A DNA stretch of 56,398 nucleotides from Octopus bimaculoides. Its lineage: Eukaryota. Positions 48,090 to 56,398 of the stretch are shown here, in pieces. The stretch covers positions 43,700,388 to 43,756,785 of the forward strand of contig NC_068990.1 of NCBI RefSeq assembly GCF_001194135.2, written 5' to 3'. Position 1 is the stretch's first letter. Each line of letters begins with the position of its first letter. The notes under the pieces were generated by a model. It searched no databases and was not told where the DNA came from. It was given only the letters and a program-made list of their open reading frames with translations. The translations under genes and the position numbers were made by a program.

Positions 48090-49040
48090 AAATCCTTTCA
48101 AGTAGATGGCTCTGCTCGATCTGTAGGAAAGGATAGGCAGAAATTCCACAAGAGTTAGCTGGTGCAAGCTATGGACATATAAGAGGTGCAACAATATCAA
48201 AGGAAGGTTAACTGGGAAAATAGTTTTTGTGTGTGTGACAGGAGCACAGGTACAATAAACACTAAAAATGTACAGAAGATAGACTCCATCAACTGCCAGT
48301 GGGTAAGCTAGAAGTAGTTGATAGTTTCTCTTGTCTAGGTGACCAAGTCAGTAGTGGAGGTGGATGCTCTGAGAGTATAGGTGAGAGAACAAGAATAGGC
48401 TGGGCAAAGTTCAGAGAGCTCCTACGCCTTTTGGCAACAAAGAACTTGTCCCTCAGAGTGAAAGTCAGGCTGTATGATGCCTGTATGTGAACAGCTATGC
48501 TACACAGCAGTGAAACATGGGTTGTGACTGCTGAAGACATGCGTAGGCTTGAAAGAAATGAAGCTAGTATGCTTTGTTGGATGTATAGTGTCAGTGTGCA
48601 TGTATGACACAGTGTGTAAGCATCTTGAGAGAAAAGTTGGGCATAAGAGGCATCAGATGTGGCGTGCAAGAGAAACAACTGCGCAGTGATGCATATGGAC
48701 GATAGCAGCTGTGCAAAGAAGTGCCGATCTCTAACTGTGGAGGGAACCTGTGGAAGTGGTAGACCCAGGAAGACATGGGACAAGGTGGTGAAGCATGATC
48801 TCCAAATGTTGGGCCTCACAGAGGCAATGTGGCCGATGCTGGTGTCGTGTAACTAGCACCCATTCTAGTGACACGTAAAAAGCACCTTTCAAGTGTTTGG
48901 TCTCATGGAGGCAATGTGGCCAATGCTGGTGTCACATAACTAATACTTGTGTTGGTGGCACATAAAAGCACTTTTTGAGTGTTGTGCCTCACATAAGCAA
49001 TCACAAATGACCGAGACTTTCAGCAATATGCCATGCTTGA
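48090..49040 (+). mobile_element. RTE LINE 3' part (Cys-rich insert, RT C-terminus, 3' UTR tandem units)
   Basis: WLCSICRKG...CKLWTYKRC; LEVVDSFSCLGDQVSSGGGCSES...RIGWAKFRELL; GRPRKTWDKVV; then three ~75-bp units. Confidence 0.85.
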
Positions 49041-49384
49041 GTAGAAGACACTAATTTTCAAATTACTGGAGTCCGTTGCTCTACTCATAGTGACGATTAT
49101 AACTGGCCATGTGTAAACATTGGAGTAGGTAAAATACACCTACACAATCTAAAGTCTGGCCCTGTGCCTTGTTTGCTGTGAATGTGTGAGCAAAATCTTT
49201 AGGGTTGCAAAACATGAAACTAAGACTTACCTTTCACTGTTCTATGCGAATAATGTCTGGATGTTCAGATATCATGGGTTATTTTGATTAACAAAACTGA
49301 GCTGCTTTGATTAACCATTTCAAATCCCGCTCAAGACTGATACACTTCAATAACCACTAAATAATCACACACACTACATACTGA

Positions 49385-49710
49385 CACACACTTTTTCCAT
49401 CTTATTTTCACTATTAACCGTCCTCATGACCCTCTTCGTATCTACAATGGGGCCACGAACTATACAATGAAAATCCAGAGTTACTTGTGGTCAGTGAATT
49501 TTTAATAAAAATGTGAAGGTGGTTTATCAATTCAAAAATCAATATCCACGAAATAATCATACTTTCTGATTTATTTTATGCTAAAAACCTTCCTGACGAC
49601 TGTCTTTGTAATCTCGAAAAATATTGTAACCATTGGTCCAGCCGTCTAGCCATGAAGCGAGAACAAAGAGATGGACAGACAGACGGACATAACGCCCATT
49701 ATAGTAAGAT
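49385..49710 (+). mobile_element. Helitron/Helentron-like non-autonomous element 3' end
   Basis: ccgtctagcc...gacagacagacggacataacgcccattatagtaagat terminus with (GACA)n. Confidence 0.45.
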
Positions 49711-49727
49711 ATACATACATACATATA

Positions 49728-50356
49728 CTAGCTTAAAAGCCACCCTATTGGGTGGCTTTAATGCTAGCTCCTGTGGGGGGCCCTTCATTAGGTCTTGGGC
49801 CCAACAATGACACTTCATGCATTAAGTACATATTAAATTTTATTAAAATTGAACAATATTTTTCAAGCAATGAACAATTTTCATCAAAACAATGATATAA
49901 TTTGTCAATTTGAAACTTATTGAAAAGTTGCATGTTAAGCAACAGTACCACCACATCTGCCATGCACACACCATTCAGACTTCTGACGCCACCACCATCA
50001 ATACCTTTGACTTTGCTGCTTTCCCCTCCACTACCATTACCACTGTCTTTCACATCGCTTACCTTCACCATCATCCCTGACTGCCTCGGCTACCACCACC
50101 ACCACTACCATCATCACCACTGCCTCCGCCTCTATCACAACTACAGCTCATACGAATACTATCACCCCATTGCCATCACAAAAAGGCTAAATGTGTGTGT
50201 AAAAGAATTTAATGTTCAGTATGTTGGTTCAGTGTTCAGTCCCTCTTTCTTTCACATACCCACTCTTTCTCTCCCACTGCCACCATCAACACTACTACTT
50301 TTAATAAAACACCATCAAGTCTCCCTAAATTTCTTTGTCTCTCTTTCTCTCCCTCT

Positions 50357-50397
<41 letters not shown>

Positions 50398-50563
50398 TCG
50401 CCACTGCCCTCACCATCTCTATGCCTATTATTACTCTCACCCCAACATGAGCAATAGTAGAAGTGTCATTGAGTAGCAAGAGAAGGGGGACAAAAGGTGA
50501 CACACTGACACACAGAAATTAGTTTTCACATTTATTATATTATATATATATATATATATATAT
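49728..50563 (-). mobile_element. Helitron-like non-autonomous element
   Basis: 3' end has the hairpin aaagccaccc-tatt-gggtggcttt (49736-59) just before CTAG|T. 5' end reads (TA)n-aatataataaatgtgaaaac...tgtgtgtcag. The interior is rich in microsatellites. Confidence 0.6.
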
Positions 50564-50814
50564 AAATCCTTTGTTTGCCTGTCTATCTGTTCCCAGTGAT
50601 GCATTTTCAAACAGCTCAACCAAATCAAATCAAATTTTACATGATAATACTATCAGACCCCATGAGTGTCAACATGTAATTTTTTTTTTTTGCATGTAGA
50701 TTAAAACAATGCAACATTGGCACTCGTTCGATATTGCGTGTCAAAAGTGAAAGAATATTGTAATGTATGTGATATATTGACTCACTTCTATACTTTTACT
50801 TTTAATTCTAACTA

Positions 50815-51520
50815 TGACAACAATGATGACGATGTCACATTTTGTATATGACTGTGTATCTGTCTGTGAATGTATGTGTGTGAGCGTATGAGTATGTGTA
50901 TGTCTCACAGTGTGTGTGTCTGTCCGTGTTAGTAACATTATTAAACACGCTATATATATGTGAGGGCTGCTCAGTGTCAATACGAAATTTTATTTTCATT
51001 TCAATTATTTTCATTTTGATTAAAACAATATAACATTCCATAGAGATAATCTTTCTATAGTCAACATGACATTTTATACCACAACAACAACAGCGTCACA
51101 TTTTGTGTATGACTGTGTATTTGTCCGTGAGTGTATGTGTGTAAGTGTATGCGTATGTATATGTCTCATAGTTTGTGTGTGTCTTACCATGTTAGGCATG
51201 TTATTAAACACACACACCTCTATACATGCATATACATATGTAACGGTACGTTATTAAACACACGGACACCTACAAATTTATATACATATGTGATGACTGA
51301 CATGTGTGAATGTATGTCTGTGTGTGTCTATCTTACTATATGTGTGTGAGGGTTGGCCAGTGTCAATACGAAATTTTATTTTCATTTCCATTAAAACAAT
51401 ATAACATTTCATACGACAATGACATCACATTTTGTATATGACTATTTATCTCTCTGTCTACATGTCTCATACAGTGTGTCTTTCCACATTAGGTACCTTA
51501 TTAAACACACATACAAATAC
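50815..51520. repeat. Degenerate tandem triplication (units ~250-350 bp)
   Basis: Recurrent gtcacattttgt.tatgact, ttattaaacac and gtgtcaatacgaaattttattttcattt blocks. Confidence 0.8.
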
Positions 51521-51542
51521 ATATTTATATATATAAAAATAG

Positions 51543-51845
51543 CAACAAACCTGAAGACTGCACCAACAAAGCAGTTTCCTGCATGGACTTCCGTATCAAA
51601 GCATATTCCCCAATTACTCTCACCTACCACATGGTAAGCCATTATGCCATATTTTTTCAACTAATTTATTACTACATATTCTCATGTGACTGCATAGGCT
51701 TACTTTATGTTTCTTATTCTACAGCCACACCAGCAATCCAATGTCAACCCTTCGCCTTCTGCAACATTTCAACAGTTCACTTCTCCATTGCTGTCTCCCA
51801 TTGCAGCCCATTTTCAGAATGTACCCATTTATGTACAATATTGCT
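51543..51845 (+). pseudogene. Two-exon P/S/Q-rich coding remnant with a 91-nt intron, interrupted by a retroelement
   Basis: Donor ATG|gtaagc (51634) and acceptor tttatgtttcttattctacag| (51724); the downstream frame reads PHQQSNVNPSPSATFQQFTSPLLSP. Confidence 0.4.
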
Positions 51846-52051
51846 GCTGGACTGGCTCCTGTGCTGGTGGCATGTAAAAAACACCATTTTGAGCGTGGCC
51901 GTTGCCAGTACTGCCTGACTAGCCCTCGTGCCGGTGGCACATAAAAGCACCCACTACACTCTTGTGCAGCCTTCTGGTTTGCCAGTCCTCAGTCAAATCG
52001 TCCAACCCATGCTAGCATGGAAGGCAGACGTTAAATGATGATGATGATGAT
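51845..52051 (+). mobile_element. Family C element
   Basis: Tandem unit plus terminus gcagacgttaaatgatgatgatg. Confidence 0.85.
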
Positions 52052-52352
52052 CTCCATTACACCTCCATTCATTTGACAGTCAACCATATGATGGGTCATG
52101 TTAGAAGCAGTGCTGACCTCATCAAAGGTGACTATAAACACTGACAGCTTTCTGATGGGTTCAAAAATTACATACCCCACCACTCCCAATTTTCCATGAC
52201 AGGTTAGGGCCTAGAATCCTTCAAACGGATGTATTACATGTTGCTCAGTTAGATTAAACCATCATTTACTCCACAAATGTTTTGTCATCAATGCTGCACT
52301 TTCCCCTATCACTTGTTTCAGCATAACTGTAATATGTATGTATACATATATA

Positions 52353-52402
<50 letters not shown>

Positions 52403-52436
52403 CATACATATATATTTATAAATACACACACACACA

Positions 52437-52479
<43 letters not shown>

Positions 52480-52986
52480 TTTGAATTTGTGGCTATGTGA
52501 TAGTAATTCTCAATTCTGCTTGAGATGAAATATATATTCTGTCATCTATGTATACAGATAGCATAGCATGTTGTCTTATTTGTACAAGTAACAAGCACCA
52601 ATGACTACCACACCTGACTACTGCTTAAGGTACTAAACTAGATAATAGCAACCAATATTTGAAACAACTGAGGATCAGTGCTATTTGATGTTCAAGGTAT
52701 TCTGCACTTTAATTAGATAAAACCAAACTTTAGCTACAATAATGGTTATGTGCTCCTGGCGTTATTTTACTAATTAACAATAACCTATAATAGGTAAGTA
52801 TAATGCTAATGGAAACAAGCAACGGTATTATGAATATTAGGGAAGTGAACTGCTTATATGGGAAAATACTAATGTAATTGTTGTTAGTATGTACTAATTA
52901 TCATATGAAAATTCATTCTAACTTAAGAGAAAGCTGTAAAGCAGAAGGAATGCTAAGAGTAGTGTAAACTCAAACCTATTTTCAAA

Positions 52987-53211
52987 TATACAGGGTGGCC
53001 CAAAAGTAGGTTTACAGTTATCATGTAGGCACTTTAAATTTCTTTTAAAACATTTTATTACATTTAAATTTCTATCTTACAAACTGAAAAGGAAGCTTGA
53101 TAAAATTAACCAAATTAGCATAGAATAATGGTTTCATATTTTTTTATAATTAAGATCTAAACTGTTAATATTTGAATGTGAAAGAGATAGTTGAATAACT
53201 GTAGACCTACA
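52987..53211. mobile_element. Tc1/mariner-type MITE
   Basis: TIR tacagggtggcccaaaagtaggtttacagtt and a partial right TIR aactgtagacctac. Confidence 0.6.
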
Positions 53212-53214
53212 GAT

Positions 53215-53740
53215 AAGAAAAATATTAATATAGCCCTACCTAATAACCAAGTCGTGATTTTGGGAGGCATTGAAAGAGCAGATAGATTCTGCCCTTTACA
53301 TATGTAAGAGGTCAGAAAATAATGATTTTGTCTGATATAACGTTCCCTTCAACTGTGCCATGTCTACAAACATATATAAGAAATTAATGGCAATTTTAGC
53401 AAAAAAAACAACTTCCCTGCTTCCCATAGATATAATAGAATATTTTCCCATAAGACAGTTAGAATCTCATATTCTACCCTCGCCAATATAGGTACCATCA
53501 TAGCCAGGTTGAATAAAAAGAATTTAAAATTGGCAAGAGGAGTTAATAATAATAATATTATTGTCAATACTACTTTAAACACCTACAATGAGAATAATAT
53601 TAATGGTGATGTAGGAATTAGAAACAACAGGACTAACACATCTAATATGTACAATATAGACTGTAACACCATAGGGTCTTATCTGAAGCAACTGCAATTA
53701 TACTTTCTGGCTGGGTTACCAAGTATGACCAACTGAGATG
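53215..53740 (+). mobile_element. PLE linker fragment
   Basis: YNVPFN...TNI...NFPASHRYNRIFSHKTVRISYSTLANIGTII is homologous to the 34900-35050 linker. Confidence 0.6.
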
Positions 53741-53839
53741 ATGGATATTATCCTACTATATTCTTAGTCTACCTCTTAAGCCAGTTGGCTTAAAGAATCT
53801 GTTTTGCAATTCTTTTATGCAAAATTCTAATCATATGTT

Positions 53840-54095
53840 TGTAGTGCCAGAGCTGTGACCTCTCAATGTGATAAAGTAGCCCCCAAATTCACCAGATTTA
53901 AATCCTATGGATTACTATATTTGGAGCGTTGCTGAAAGGGAGACTAACTGACATCTTCACAATACCATAGTTTCACTGAAGGCCACCATTGTCCAGGTAA
54001 TGTCCAAAATAAATAAGGTTTATTTAGTGCAGGCATTTCAATGATTCCATTTCCACATTGAAGCAGTCATCAATGGTGGATTTATAGAAAATTGT
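53840..54095 (+). mobile_element. Tc1-like transposase C-terminal relic
   Basis: SPDLNPMDYYIWSVAERETN...NTIVSLKATI...GGFIE. Confidence 0.75.
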
Positions 54096-54829
54096 TCCAT
54101 CCATCTTCTCCACCCACTATTACTGTGAAGCTAGAGTCCTCAGGCACCTCCTCCATAGGTTGCTATCAGAAGCAATTGTCATTATATACTCAAGCTGGAT
54201 TCCCTAGTACAGCCTATTGAGATTTATAGATATTATCCAACAATCTCATTTTTGGTCTACTCCTGGGTCACCTGCTGCTTGGCTTGGCTCAAAGAATCCA
54301 TCTTGTGATTCATTCCTGTGACATTCTAATCACATGTCCTTAGTTCCAGGGCTATGACCTCTCAATGCAGAAAAGTATTGGCTCAACCTACATTAGCTGA
54401 AAGATCTTTTATTGCTCATGTAACTGAAAATAACTTCTTAACATCAACCATCTTATACACCTGACTTACTGATAGTAGCAAGACTGTGTTGAATCAATCA
54501 TTGTCACAGAAATTGATTTTGATATTGTTATTAGAAATTTTGCTGCTAAAAAAAATCCAGAAAACTCATTTCATTAACTGATTAGACTTATCATTGCTCT
54601 GGTCGTTCTGGTGTGCAGGGAATAAAGCACTTATAAAGGTTTCCCCAGTGGTCATATTCAGATAGCCTATAATTAGTCATTACATTCAGTTGTACTTTCA
54701 TAAGCATTTTCTAAAATCTGGTTTTTATGCATATTTTATTATAACTATTTTTTTATATACACAAGAAGAAAACATCACAATTTTAAAGTTTCCTGTTATG
54801 CTATTATAATTACTGAAAAGATTTAATTG

Positions 54830-55690
54830 AGTATTTATTGTCTAGACATACAAGCCAATGCTTAGTCTTACTTGTCAATAAAAGATGTACAACATATATG
54901 TGTGAATGTGTATATTGTATACACATACACTCATATGTATACACACACACACACACACATAGTAATACAAAGGGAGGGATTTCAATTATCCCCACGTGGT
55001 GAGTTGTAATGCAAAAGATATAAAATAAAAGAAGGAAGATGCACACATTGTACATAGTTTTAATATATTTCATATTGTGTTTGTCGACCGGTTTCGCTTT
55101 CACTAATCATGACATTGAAGTTATTGTAATTTCATATTTTCTTAAGAAGATTTTAGTCCATGTTGTATGTGAAGAAGTTTATGAATGAATGATTCAGTGA
55201 ATAGAAAAATGCAAGAAGAAGTAATTAGTGCTAGTTATTATCATGGAAAGGGGAAATAATTGTTCATCTTTCAGTGAGGGGATAAATATATACAAAGACT
55301 CAAAAGTTAAAGTAGTGATAAAAATATTTACAGTGATGGGTATGTGATCATGAATTAAAATATATACCGAGATCAAAGTTGGTTATGCATTTATATTTAG
55401 ACCTGTTCTGTATTTAGCAATAAACAAATTTTCTTTATTTAAACGTTCTTGTATAGAAATTGTTTCTTTGCACTGGTAGATGGAGAAAACTGTGAAGTTT
55501 GGTTGGATGTTACCTGCACATCTCTGTATGTGTTCACTCAAAGGAATCTGTCTGTATTGCAGGAACTGGATCTGTTCCTTATGTAGTGTGGTTCTCTGTC
55601 TCACTGTATTACTTGTCTGTCCTATATAGTTATGCCCACAAACTGCAACTGGTGAGTATGTTTATAGGCTTAGATAATATGATACTTCTC
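54830..55690 (-). mobile_element. PLE 3' portion (GIY-YIG C-terminus and 3' UTR)
   Basis: CGHNYIGQTSNTVRQRTTLHKEQI...YRQIPLSEHIQRC...LFIAKYRTGLN; same family as 46750-47527. Confidence 0.85.
55082..55114 (-). ncRNA. Hammerhead relic in the PLE 3' UTR
   Basis: TGTC-ATGA-ttagtgaaagc-GAAA-CCGG-T-C-GACA: stem III ACCGGU, GUC triplet, 4-bp stem I; the CTG of the core and part of stem II are deleted. Confidence 0.5.
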
Positions 55691-55714
55691 CCCCAAAATA
55701 ATATTAGTTTCACT

Positions 55715-55880
55715 GGCACAGGCATGGCTATGTGGTTAAGAAGCTTACTTTGCAATCGCATGGTTTTTGGGTTCTGTCCCACTGTGCAGCACTTTGGGCA
55801 AGTGTCTTCTATTATAGCCCTGGGATGACCAATATCTTGTGAGTGAATGTGGTAGATGGAAACTGTGTGGAAGCCAATCA
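55715..55880 (+). mobile_element. SINE family B (5' part)
   Basis: ggcacaggcatggctatgtggttaagaagc... Confidence 0.8.
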
Positions 55881-55938
55881 TATATATGTGTGTGTATATA
55901 TATATATATATGTGTATATATATATGTATATATATATG

Positions 55939-55970
<32 letters not shown>

Positions 55971-55973
55971 TAT

Positions 55974-55974
<1 letters not shown>

Positions 55975-56004
<30 letters not shown>

Positions 56005-56398
56005 ACATCATCATCATTTAACGTCCACTTTCCATGCTAGGGTGTGGCACTTTTTCACGCAGCTATCCTCATCCATTCTCACCACATGTCCATACCAGCG
56101 CAATCGTCTCTCTTGCACACCACAACTGATGCTTCTAATGTTCAGCTCTTCTCTCAAGATACTTACACTCTGACGGCTATTCACATTGACATTACACAAC
56201 CAACGGAGCATACTGGCTTCATTCCTTGCGAGCTTACGTATGTCCTCAGCAGTTACAGCCCATGTTTCACTGCCATGTAGCATGGCTGTTCGTACACATG
56301 CGTCATACAGTCTGCCTTTTACTCTAAGTGAGAGTCCCTTTGTCGCCAGCAGGGGTAAGAGCTCTCTAAACTTTGCCCAGGCTATTCTTATTCTAGCA
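55975..56398 (-). mobile_element. RTE LINE RT C-terminus joined to a (GAT)n tail
   Basis: MLHGSETWAVTAEDIRKLARNEASMLRWLCNV...RRLRWYGHVVRMDEDSCVKKC, directly followed by the family C terminus. Confidence 0.9.

Overview
AT-rich, microsatellite-laden animal genomic DNA with 11 N-gaps. The repeat landscape is most consistent with a cephalopod such as Octopus (inference; no search was run). There are no prokaryotic features, rRNA genes, intact tRNA genes or CRISPR arrays. Most of the window is a nested graveyard of transposons: several tRNA-derived SINE families, RTE LINE fragments and their (GAT)n-tailed 3' ends, R4/Dong-like retrotransposons, Penelope-like elements (PLEs) of two endonuclease types, a deleted Ty3/Gypsy element, a probable solo LTR, mariner/Tc1 relics, a MULE-like FLYWCH fragment and Helitron-like ends. 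A few short candidate exons of unidentified genes lie on both strands. The most notable signal is a set of type I hammerhead ribozyme (HHR) motifs with palindromic stem III. Two different HHRs sit 167 nt apart, each inside its own long hairpin (2857-3204), and further relics occur at 18.7, 34.2, 40.1 and 55.1 kb; the 34.2 and 55.1 kb ones lie just downstream of PLE GIY-YIG ORFs. There is also a ~700-bp inverted duplication bracketing a PLE, and several fold-back structures that could form dsRNA. Repeat boundaries were read by eye and are approximate to tens of bases. Most ORFs in the supplied track are microsatellite or N-gap artefacts.
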